Assembly (NCBI RefSeq): GCF_018350175.1
Contig: NC_058368.1
Coordinates: 87,484,001-87,548,000, forward strand
Direction of reading: 5' to 3'
DNA from: Felis catus
Taxonomy: Eukaryota
DNA length: 64,000 nucleotides
Below the pieces are notes generated by a model, which saw nothing but the letters and a program-made list of their open reading frames with translations, did no database searches and was not told where the DNA came from. Position 1 is the stretch's first letter, and the number at the start of each line of letters is the position of its first letter. Position numbers and translations under genes: made by a program. This document shows positions 50,140-61,131 of the stretch, piece after piece.

Positions 50140-52035
50140 CTATTGGGGCTCTTTGTTTCAGAAGAATTTGCCTCTTGTATCAATCTGCCAGGAAACGGGG
50201 AAAATAAATCCCCCCAGATCTTTTAAGGCTAATAAGAAAGTGGAAAATTCCAAATAGAAGCCAGACGCTGTGCACATTTGTCTCGTCCAGCTGTGCTTTT
50301 GCCCAAAGGTCCATTGGTGAGTGTATTAACCCACCCACTTAAGACACGTCTACAAGGAGCATTGCTTCACTTACCTGGTGTATTTTATGTGTGAAATCTG
50401 ATTGTAAGTAAGGAACAAGTGGAATGTAACAGAACTGAAACCTAAAGAGAGGCTGTGTGTTTCTTGAGTATCAATCAGACATCGTGAGGCAGCCTCCGAT
50501 TCCCTGACCCAAAGCTGACCAAGGCGCCCAGCAAACCAGGAGTTGACATTGCTCCTGGGAACCGTCATGGGTGATGTAGCTCAAATCCCAGGTTCATCTG
50601 TGCAGAAGAAGCCAGGGCTGCCTGCATTGCGGAAAGCTGCAGGTAATAGGAGGGCTGGCCCACTTGGTTCCTCCCTCCCTCTGTGGGCACTGGGCAGGCA
50701 GGTGAGGGGTCTCTACCTGGCCATGGAGGTTCAGGAGATGAGACTTCTCGTCTGAGAAGCATCTGCCCTCTCTGTTCCTCTGATCCCTTGGCATTGTTCC
50801 CACAAACTGAACAGGTGCATAATAAAAACTCACTGAATTAATATTCGTGTTAGACTTTTAATTTTAGTTAAAAAAGTAAAATGCACAGCTGAGAGAGATG
50901 GTCAGTCAACAGGCCAGAACAGTAGGGCTTCAGGTATAATGATCTTGAAAATGTTCCTTCTGGACATCAGACATCCCTGTGTGAAACCTTTATGTCTCAG
51001 ATAGTTTCTGTCACCTGATCTGAGCCTTCTCTGGAAGAGAAAGGAAGTCACTCTCTCTACACCACGGGTAAGTTGCACTCCTGGTTACACCATAGCTATT
51101 TCACTGAACTTTGGCCATTTTTTAGTGCATCCTTTGTCTCCTGAACTCTTGCCATTCCTAAGTCATGCTATAACACTGATGGGAGAGAAGGCGCAAGTCC
51201 ACACCTGTCTTGGACTTGGACGTTGGTCCAAGTTGCTCTTCTTCCCTGAGATGGTTTCCTTCCTCCACCAAAAGCAGAATTTGCACCATGCACAAGCTCT
51301 TCTGTTTGCAGTGTAATGTAGGGGATTGGACGACTCCCAATCCTATCAGGCCCAGGCACATTGTCTTTTGGCAACAAACGTTGATCCTGTTTTGTCTTAA
51401 AAGTGATGGTCCGGCCCACTGGTGCTCCTTGCATCAAGACTACATGTTAAGACGTGCTCAAGAAGGCAGGCTGGCCAGGAAAGGAGCACTGGGGAATCTT
51501 CGTGATGCCACATTGCACAAAGCTCTCTACCAAGTGGCAGAGTCACAGGAAAGGTAGGAGATTCAGGGAGAGTCTGAGATTCTCTAGCACCTCATTCTGA
51601 AGCAGATCAGGTACAGAAGCTTTTAAGACATGAAATAAGTTAGGCCAAAGTTCATCTATTTGACTCAGTTTCCTATTCCCAGGCAACAGGTCTTCCAACA
51701 CATTTTCAAGTCACAGTTTATCCACAAAACTCTTGGAAATGAGACCTTCAGCATATCCCCAAGCACAGGAACACATTATTAAAAGTCTCAAGGGATAGAA
51801 ATAGTAGGAAGGAGATAAAAAAGGAGTTTGCCTCATGGAGAGCCAGCAAGTAGAGCATTAGAATGTGAGACTCGTAAACGCCCTGGTCAGGGTTCTGATA
51901 GCAAGACCCCAGTGGCTGATATAATGCAGGACCATTTGGGCCAGTGGCCACATCTGAATGCTCTTCCTGGGACTCCCTGTACCTAAAGTAGCCACAAGAT
52001 TCACCCTCACTAACCAGCTAGGCTCCATAGGTTTC

Positions 52036-52723
52036 CTTTTTTTTTTTTTTAAAGCTTTTATTTAAATTTGTTAGATAACATAGTGTAATATTAGTTTCAG
52101 GTGTAGAATTTACTGATTCAATACTTATATACAACACCTGGTGCTTACCACAAGTGCTCTCCTTAATTCCCATCCCCTATTTAAGCTATCTCCCACCTGC
52201 CTCCCATCTGGTAACCATCAAGTTGCTCTCCATTGTTAAGAGTCTGTTTCTTGGTTTGCCTCTCTTTTTTCCATGTTTATTTTGTTTCTTAAGTTCCACA
52301 TAAGAGTGAAATCATATGGTACTTTTCTCTGACTGACTTATTTTGCTTAGTATAATACTCTAGCTCCATCCACATTGTTGCAAATGGCAAGGTTTTCTTT
52401 TATGGATGAGTAATAATCCATGTATATATATACACACATCTTTATCCCGGCATTTGGGTTCTTTCCATACTTTGGCTATTGTCGATAGCACTGCTATAAA
52501 CATTGGGCATGTGTCCCTTCGAATCAGCATTTTTGTATCCTTTGGGTAAATATCTAGCAGTGCAATTGCTGGATGTTAGGGTAGCTCTATTTTTAACTTT
52601 TTGGGGAAATTCCATACTGTTTTCTAGAGTGGCTGTGCCAGTTTACATTCCCACCAGCAGTGCAAGAGGGTTCCCCTTTCTGTGCATCCTTGCCAACACC
52701 TATTTCTTGAGTTGTTAATTTTG
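52036..52723 (-). mobile_element. 5'-truncated carnivore L1 with 16-bp TSD
   Basis: TSD AGGCTCCATAGGTTTC at 52020-52035 and 52724-52739; poly-T tail. Confidence 0.9.
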
Positions 52724-52872
52724 AGGCTCCATAGGTTTCACTGTTAGGAGTGAAATCCCAAGTTAGAGTAAGTAGTCTTGGGAGAAAGAACGGTCATTCA
52801 GGATTCCTGAGAATCTGGTATAAGCAAGATAACAACAAACTGCATATAAAATGGGGTTAAAACCTGGCCCCA

Positions 52873-53017
52873 GGTGTTAAATATATGATGGGGATCAAGG
52901 TTGCACTTGTGATGAGCACCAGGTGTTGTATGAAATGCTGAATCACTATATTGTAGATCTGAAACTAATATTACACTGTATGTTAACCAACTGAAATTAA
53001 AATAAAAACTTAAAAAC
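52873..53017 (+). mobile_element. Short L1 3' end with TSD
   Basis: GCACTTGTGATGAGCAC...CTGAAACTAATATTACACTGTATGTTAAC; TSD AAAACMTGGCCCCA. Confidence 0.85.
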
Positions 53018-53054
53018 AAAACATGGCCCCATGTAAGAGAAAACACTGGGAAAC

Positions 53055-53740
53055 TGTATGGGGATGAAAGGGCTCAGTTTCGTCCCTCAAAAAGATATGT
53101 CCATGTCCTAACCCCCAGAACCTGTGAACATGACCTGTTTAGAAAAAGGGTCTTTGCTGATGTAATGAAGTTAAAAATTTTGAGAATAGATGATCCTGAA
53201 TTACGTGTGTGGGCCTGAAATCCAAAAAGTGTTCTTAAGAGACGCAGCAGGGGGGACACATGGGAGAACGCTATATCAGGCACAGGCAGAGATCGAGTGA
53301 GAAGCCACAAGCCGAGGAAAGTCTCAAGCCAATAGAAGCTGGAAGATGCAAGAAATGATCAGACCCTAGAGCCTTCAACACCTTGATTTCAGACTTCTGG
53401 CCTCCAGAACTGTGAGAGGACACATTCTGGATGTTTTAAGCCACCCAGTTTGTGATAATTTGTTGTGACATCCATGGGTTACACCAGCTTCTGGTGGCTC
53501 CAGGTATCCCTTGGCTTGTGACTGCATCAGCCCAAATTCTGTCTTGTCAAGGCCTCTTCTTCACATCTTCTGCTCTTATAAACTCTCATTGGAATTAGGA
53601 CCAACCCAGGTAATCCTTGAGGGTCTCATGTCAAAAACCTTAATTTAATTAGTCTGCAAAGACCGCTTTCTCCAAACAAGGTGACATTCACAAGTTTCAG
53701 GGAACAGATCATCGAGGGGTCCCCATTCAACTCATTATGG
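53055..53740. mobile_element. MLT1-like LTR fragments (two, opposite orientations)
   Basis: CCCCAGAACCTGTGAACATGACC...GACTTCTGGCCTCCAGAACTGTGAGA, followed by a reverse-orientation MLT1 half. Confidence 0.7.
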
Positions 53741-54089
53741 TGATTACTGAGAATCTGATTCTTTCAAGTGAGGATTAAAATCAAAACCAGCCAGTTAATT
53801 GATAATGCCCTACGTCTTGGGCAAATTAAAACTGCCCTTGACCGTCTGGTTTTCCACAGTAAAGAGATGCTCCCCCAGGAAATGATTCTCTTCAGTCAAG
53901 AGTCTGGAGTGTTAAACCTGAAGGAAATGCGATGAGTTACCCAAAACCCTCCTCGGCAGGTGGGGGCCATTTGGTTTTGTCTAAGATCAGAGGCATCTAA
54001 GGGAAAGCGCCCAGGATATCTGCTGCTGGGCCAGGATCCCTGGCTTTGCACCGTGAAGTGGGGAGAGGAGAGACAGACTGATACCTCAT

Positions 54090-54652
54090 TGTGTTGTTAA
54101 AAGGAAATAATGGGCCCCAAGTGGAGTCACTCTTGCTAAGCACCATCAAAACTTAATAACCAACCAAATTAATTTCGATCTCTCCCAGGAATAGAATTTT
54201 AAACCACTCAGTCTGGAATTTCCTAATCAACACTAGTAAGGCAAACCCACCCTTTCCCCAGAAGAAGGTGATTAACTGAAATAATAATTTCTTTTGTTTA
54301 TGACATCCTTGTCCCGGCCCCTTTCTGCCTATTAAAGCCTTTCATATTGTACAGGTCCTCAGAGATCAGAGATCGCTTCTGCTTGCTAGATGGTGAGCTG
54401 CCTAAGTCAAGTCATTGAATACAGTCAATTAGATCTTTAAACTTACTCAGCTGAGAGGTTTTTTCTTTAAAAAAAAAGTTTCTTTACTTGGGGGGGGGGG
54501 GCAGTGGGGGGGCAGAGAGAGAATTCCAAGCAGGCTCCAAGCTGTCTGCCCAGAGCCTGATATGGGACTCCATCCCTCGAGTCCCTCATGAGATCATGAC
54601 CTGAGCCAAAATCAAGAGTCGGACACTTAACCTACTGAGCCACCCAAACACT

Positions 54653-54687
<35 letters not shown>
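54090..54687 (+). mobile_element. MER34-like solo LTR with inserted SINE
   Basis: TGTT...GGAGTCACT...CAATTAGATCTTTAAA...TTTAACA terminus. Confidence 0.6.
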
Positions 54688-55629
54688 GTATCTATCAAGA
54701 GGGGCACCTGGCTGGCTCAGTGGAGAGTATGACTTGATCTTGGTGTTGTGAATTCTGGCCCCATGTTGAGTGTAGAGATTGCTTAAGTAAAACATGAAAA
54801 ATCTTTTTTTTTTTTTTAATTTTTAATGTTTTTTGTTTGTTTGTTTTTTGAGAGAGAGAGAGACAAAGACAAACAGTGAGCAGGGAAGGAGCACAGAGCA
54901 AGGGGGACACAGAATCTGAAGCAGGGTCCAGGCTCTGAGCTGTCAGCACAGAGCCAGATGTGGGGCTCAGTCTTACGAGCCGTAAGATCATGACCTGAGC
55001 TGAAGTCAGACATTTAACCAACTAAGCCACCCAAAGTGAAAAATCTTAACTATCAGGATTTTCCACAGAAATGTCACCAATACAGGATGTGTGTATATAC
55101 ATACATATACATATACAATACATACATACATATACAATAATAATATATATAAATATATATATAAATGAATAAATAAATCCCTATATATATATATGTATGT
55201 ATATATATATAGGGATTTATTTATTTATTCATTTAAAATTTATTTTTTAAATTTACATACAAGTTAATTAGCGTATAGTGCAACAATGATTTTAGGAGTA
55301 GATTCTTTAGTGCCCCTTACCCATTTAGCCCATCCCCGCTCCCACGACCCCTCCAGTAACCCTCTGTTTGTTCTCTATATTTAAGAGTGTCTTATGTTTT
55401 GTCCCCCTCCCAAATTTAAATTCTTTTTTTTTAATGTTTATTTGTTTTTTGAGAGAGAGAGAGAGTGAACAGGGGAGGGACAGAGAGAGAGGGAGACAGA
55501 GAACTTGAAGCAAGCTCTGTTCTGTCAGCAAAGCCCGACGTGGGGCTCAAACCCAAGAACCATAAGATCATGAACTGAACTGAAGTCAAGCTCTTAACTG
55601 ACTGAGCCACTCAGACACCCCAAGAAAGG

Positions 55630-56452
55630 CATGGGTGGCAAACACTGATTTCTCACAGTTATGGAGTTTGGGAAGTGCAAGATGGAGGCTCCAGCACATC
55701 TGGTGTCTGGTGAAAACCCACTTCCTGGTTCATAAGCAGCCACCTGCTTGCTGTGTCCTCATATGGTAGAAGGCGTGAGGGGGCTCTCTGGATTTGTATA
55801 TAAGGGCACTAATCCTATCATGAGGCTCATGACCTAATCACCTCCCAAGGCTCCACTTCCTCATACCATTACACTGGGGATTAGGTTCCAACATATAAAT
55901 TTTAGCGGGTTGAGCCTAGAGTTGGGAGAGAGGTCCCTGATTTGGAGCATAGCAGGCTCTGAATCGAGGAAAAGAGGCCACCAGAATTTCTTCTCAGCCT
56001 GCTTCCCTGCTTCTCTAGTAGGTGGGCTTGGATAAGCACCCGTGCAGAGTGGTGCAGAACAGGAGGTATCAGGATGGACGGCAGCTGGTAGTGAGTACAG
56101 AAGGGTTGGGGTCCTGGGGGTACAAACAGTCAGTCCATAGCAGCCTTCATCTGATTGGCTGCAGCCAACCCACATCATGGAGAGCAATCTGCTTTATTCA
56201 ACATCTACTGATTTAGCATTTTTTTAAAGTAGGCTCCATGCCCAGTGGGAAGCCCAACACCCTGAGATGAAGACCTGAGCTGAGATCAAGAATAGGGTGC
56301 TTAACCCACTGAGCCACTCAGACGCACCAACATCAACTGATTTAAGTGTTAATCTCATCCAAAAACACCTCCCAGGAGCATCCAAAAATTTTTTGACAGA
56401 ATATCTGGCCACCATGGCCCCACCACACTGACACATAAAATCAACCATCACA
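55630..56452. mobile_element. MaLR LTR (to ~56136, interrupted at 55908-56115) adjoining an MLT2 fragment with a SINE
   Basis: GGATTAGGTTCCAACATATAAATTT...[insert]...GGGGGTACAAACAGTCAGTCCATAGCA MaLR terminus; MLT2 end GACACATAAAATCAACCATCACA at 56452. Confidence 0.7.
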
Positions 56453-57058
56453 CTTAGATTCCCACTTCCTTAGGGGACCAATTCTGTGCAACAAAAGCAA
56501 ACTCTCCAGGTATCTGGTGCACAAAGTCTTGAATGAGTTAGAAACTTTGGTTCCAAATAAGCCCTATGGCCAAGTTAATGGCTGGCCAGGCCTAGACTTG
56601 GCTTTTCATCATGAAAGTAAATTTGGGTCTGCTCAAGACAGAGCTCTGGGGCTGCCTGGGTGGCTCAGTTGGTTAAGCGTCTGACTTTGGCTTAGGTCAT
56701 GATCTCACAGTTCATGGATTTGAGGCCCGTGTTGGGCTCTGCTGACAGCTCAGATCCTGGGCCTGTTTCAGATTCTGTGTCTCCCTCTCTCTCTCTGCCC
56801 CTCACCCCACCAATTTTTCTGCCCCTCCCCCCTCACAAAAAATAAACATTAAAAAAAAAGTGGGGAGCCTGGGTGGCTCAGTTGGTTAAGCGTCCGACTT
56901 CTGCTCAGGTCATGATCTCTCGGTTTGTGAGTTCAAGCCCCTCGTTGGACTCTGTGCTGACAGCTCAGAGCCTGGAGCCTGCTTTGGATTCTGTGTCTCC
57001 CCATCTCTTGGCTCCTCCCATGCTCATGCTCTGTCCCTCTCTGTCTCTCAATAATAAA

Positions 57059-57102
<44 letters not shown>

Positions 57103-58526
57103 CTGTTCCAAGCCTCTCAACTTGTGCTGAAATTCTCAGAGTCCCTTGAGTGTCCAAGGCATTGCTGTGACGGAGTCAGCCAGAGCCAACCCTAGCCACA
57201 GCTAGGGGAAACCATGGGTCAGGGCTACACCAGCTCAGGACACCCCCTTGTGGTCAAGGAAGACTGCCCACCCACCAGTCCGACCACCTGCCAGGGTCCT
57301 GCCATTTCCCTCCTTGCTGACTTTGCTCACCCACCTAGGGAAGGAAGAAGAGGGTGAGAGGAACATCCCTTATTACCTCTGCACTATCTACAGGAGGTTC
57401 TTAGGACAGACTTCCAAGAATGACTGAACCTCAATAGGGTAAAGAATTGGGAGCCAGGAACTTGAACTTTAGAGGTGAGATGAACCTTCGCTGAGGTTCT
57501 GAGATGCTGCATGGGTGCAATGTTCCCTGCTCTGTCTGGCAGAGAGGCCTCATCTGCTTTGAAGAAAATGTTGAGCCTCCTAGGATGGGCCCTGGGTGTC
57601 CCTGGCTCCCTGACTACACCCGTGCTTTGATCTGGGCAGTACTCAAGGCAGCATACGGTGGACAGGTTGACATGATGTCCCCATATAAGCACCCAGCCTC
57701 TGGGGTCCAGAAGCCTGCGTCCCTGACAAGCTTCCCTGCTCCACACTTGGGTGTCCACCCAGAAGCCTAAACAAACACCTGTCCTCTTCTCTCTCAACTT
57801 CCATAACTTGTGCCTCGAGTTGACTGATAAGGAATGGAGGCTCCTCTTCCTTCCCTTCGCCCTGCCCGCACCCCACACCCCAGTCCTTCTGTACTACCAG
57901 CTGCCCCCCATCTTAATACCTCCTGTTCTGCATCACTCTGTGCAGGAGTTTATAAAAGCCCACCTCCTAGAGAGGCAGGGAAGCAGGCTGAGAAGAGTAT
58001 TCTGGTGGCCTGTTTTCCTCGATTCAGAGCCTGCTATGTTCCAAATCAGGGACCTCTCTCCCAACTCTAGGCTCAACCATTGTTTCCACTCTGAGGGGTA
58101 AGATTGAAACCCCATGCTGCCCACCCTCTCTTACCTGTCATCGTGAGATTAAACTGCCTTGAGTATGAATGTGCCTTTCACAAGGTGAGCAAAACTCAGC
58201 ATGGGGAGTGGGGACTCCTCATTTATGGACTGATTTTAAAATCCTTTTATACTGTCTCCTATTTTAGAATGGAATAAGAGGGATACAGGACAAAACATTA
58301 GCATGCATGGAGTTCTCCAGAGTGAGTTCACTGTCTCCTCAGAGGGAAATGGTTTGTGATGCTATTTGCATCACGGTGCATCCCTGCCCTTGGAAGTGAT
58401 GATTATAGAACCACTGCGCATCTTCAGATTACCTGGCTTGGCCCGTTTATTCCATTGATGAGGAAGCTGAAGCCCAAGCAGGCTTGAACAGCTCATTCAC
58501 AGGCAGCCAGTTAGTGGTGGGGCACA

Positions 58527-59763
58527 GTGTCGGTCCTTGCACCAGGCTCTCCCAGCCTCAGAGTCTTGCAGGATTTTTTACCTCAATACCCAGGATTCGT
58601 TGTCTCGCTACTTCGAAAAATGAAGAGGTTTGGGGCGCCTGGGTGGCGCAGTCGGTTAAGCGTCAGACTTCAGCCAGGTCACGATCTCGCGGTCCGTGAG
58701 TTCGAGCCCCGCGTCAGGCTATGGGCTGATGGCTCGGAGCCTGGAGCCTGTTTCCTGTGTCTCCCTCTCTCTGTCCCTCCCCCGTTCATGCTCTGTCTCT
58801 CTCTGTCCCAAAAATAAAGAAAAAAAAAAAAAGAAAGAAAAATGAAGAGGTGGACACAGAATGAGTGGTAGGCAAAAGTTTATTAATTAGAGTATAAGAT
58901 TCTAATCTAGTCTTAATCAGCTCAGGTCATGATCTTACGGTTCGTGAGTTGCAGCCCCATATCAGGCTCTGTGCTGACAGCTCAAAGCCTGGAGACTGCT
59001 TCCGATTCTTGTCTCCCCTCTCTCTCTGCCCCTTCCCTGCTCATGCTTTCTCTCTGTCTCTCAAAAACTGAATAAACGTTAAAAAAAATTTTTTTTAAAT
59101 GGACACCTGGGTGGCTCAGTCCGTTGGGCCTCCAACTTTGGTTCAGGTCATTTGAGCCCTGCGTTGGGCTCTGTGCTGACAGCTCGGAGCCTGGAGACTG
59201 CTTCGGATTCTGTCTCCCTCTCTCTCCTCCCCTCCCATGCTCACGCTCTGTCTCTTTCTCTCAAAAATAAATAAACATTAAAAAAAAAAAAAAGAAGAAG
59301 AATATGAACGCTGTCTTTATAGAGGACACATTCAAAAGTGAATGCCTGCGACTATAGGGAAGCGTGTTTGTTTTATAAGGTTCTGGTCTGCACCTTCTTC
59401 CTTCCCCCTTATTCCTTCTCAGGTCCTACCCTTACAGGCTGAACATCTCTAGGTACTGGGTTGTCCATTCCTGATTGACTCAACTCCATTGTGTGAAGAG
59501 TCAGACTGGTCATACCATACCCCGTATAAGGTATAACATATGTTTTATGGTTTAGCTAGGTATTTTGGTTGTCAGATTCCTGAGGGGAACCTCAGGGTGA
59601 GTGGTGGTATCTGTTACATTCTTAAGAGGAAGGTTGTGCCTGAGGGGATTTGTTGTGGTCAGACGCTCCCAGCATTGTTCCAAAATCTGTGTGTTTCCTT
59701 TCCCCAGGGAGCTCAGGTAACCCTTCCCTCTCTGCCTATTTTGTCCCGTCTTTCCCTATTCTA
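58527..59763. mobile_element. Probable carnivore ERV LTR carrying three nested SINEs
   Basis: LTR-like text (AAAGTTTATT, GTTTTATAAGG) split by SINEs at 58632, ~58915 and ~59100; interrupts a MIR-like fragment on the left. Confidence 0.5.
58632..58836 (+). mobile_element. Young felid Can-SINE (SINEC_Fc-type) with 15-bp TSD
   Basis: GGGGCGCCTGGGTGGCGCAGTCGGTTAAGCG...CAGCCAGGTCACGATCTCGCGGTCCGTGAGTTCGAGCCCCGCG, CT tract and A tail; TSD GAAAAATGAAGAGGT at 58615-58629 and 58837-58851; CpGs largely intact. Confidence 0.93.
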
Positions 59764-59957
59764 AGAGCACTTCTGTGGTTTATGGCGGGAGCACTCCTTC
59801 CTGAAGCTGAGTCTTTCTCACCCAGGCTGGGACCTGCCTGCAGGTTCATGGTCATTTGTACCACCCAGTCTATCCAGTCCCACATTTCCTGTTGCACCCC
59901 ACCTTTCCAAACCCAGTTTCTGTGCATGGTCTCAGCTTGTACTCACTGAGCACTGCT

Positions 59958-60540
59958 GGGGAGAAAAAACTCTCTACCTTCTATTCATTAATTGTAAACC
60001 ACCAAATTAAATTGGCAAAATATCGGTAAGCAAAGGAAAAGACAGGTTTTTTTTTTTTTTTACCCACTTATATACATAAAGTCATAGAAAAATGTGATTC
60101 AAGTTGGTGGTTAGAATTTGGGGCTTCTATACCTTCTTAGTAGGGGCTGGGGAGGGACTGAGGGGCACTTTGCTCTGGGAGAAGGAATGACTTCTTAGAA
60201 GGGTGGGGAAAGGGTACTTATGGAAACACAAAGGATTTTATTGACTGACAAATGGGCCTTTAGGGCCCTTAGGAGAATAGTTGGGAGGTACAATAGCCTC
60301 CCAACAAAGTCTGTCTGGGTGTGGTTCTGACTTCTAGTCCCCTTTCCTGTGATAAAAGCCCATCATCCTTTGTTGACTTTTGGTGAAGCTCCAAGGAGGT
60401 GAGGGGGTTGAGGATGTCAGTTCTTTTGGGAGGGGCTGCTTTTAGGCAAAAAAGGAATTGTAGGAACTCAAATTCCTTTAGCTCCAAATCTTACTTACCC
60501 TATAGTGGCATATTTTAGGGTGGCATGTCCTGACCCCTTC
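59958..60540. mobile_element. ERV1-type solo LTR
   Basis: ...GTGGCATATTTTAGGGTGGCATGTCCTGACCCCTTC terminus; GGTTAGAATTTGGGGCTT motif. Confidence 0.6.
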
Positions 60541-60729
60541 CGTGCTTACCAGGAGCTTGGATCTGTGCTGGATGTCGACCACTCTGCCAATCCTGATGTC
60601 CTGCTGCACAGACTGCAAAGTGCCTCATGCTCAAACTACTGTAAGTAGCCATGCTGAGTGGATTGAGGGGCTGGGTGGCAGTGAATGCCTTACTTGTCAC
60701 CGCTGCCCCCACCACACCCCAGGGCTTCC

Positions 60730-61131
60730 CCTTGGAGGGGGAATAAAGGTAGTAGATGCAGTTGCTCTCCTGTTAGGATGGACAGTCTGAGAACATGGAA
60801 CACATGACTTTTGTCACTTTTTTCTTGGTAGAGGTGAGATTTTGGGTTAGGTTTGAAGAGGCGGAGGGAGGAACGTGCCTTTTCTGCATCTTCATGGACA
60901 CTTGGGAAGAAGGAATCTATGACACAAAGGCTTGTGCAAAGCCAGACAGTGTCCTCCTCCCCCAGTCTGAGCTCAGCCTCCTCCACCTGGGGGAGGCCCT
61001 CCTGGGGACAGTGGAGGTTGGGGGCTGCTCTGGCTTGTCTGTTTCCTCCAGGCAAGATCAGGGCTTGGGTCATAGGGTGTGGCCCTGGGTGAGCTTCAGG
61101 TCCTGGAGAGTAAGGGTGAAGTCATGATAAA
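60730..61131 (-). pseudogene. Possible decayed PRY/SPRY (B30.2) terminal exon of a TRIM/butyrophilin-like pseudogene
   Basis: Strong acceptor (ttattctcccttctctag), then ordered motif remnants DFTL / PEAHP / LIL..NRQAR / CPQEG..ELRLGEE..W..LC / DKSHVF / PLF, with frameshifts and shortened spacing. Judged by eye only. Confidence 0.3.

Noticed and set aside
57384..57878. Possible kinase-like (GCLYGDIM..PPY) or TGF-beta-like Cys pattern in minus-strand frames
   Set aside because: Motif spacing is wrong for both families and the two readings are mutually exclusive; not supportable by eye.
58632..58720. tRNA-like A/B boxes (also present in many other copies)
   Set aside because: Heads of tRNA-derived Can-SINEs, not tRNA genes.
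59760..60560. Apparent intron (donor at ~60548, acceptor at ~59955) on the minus strand
   Set aside because: The boundaries coincide with the ends of a solo LTR, so the pattern is better explained by the insertion.
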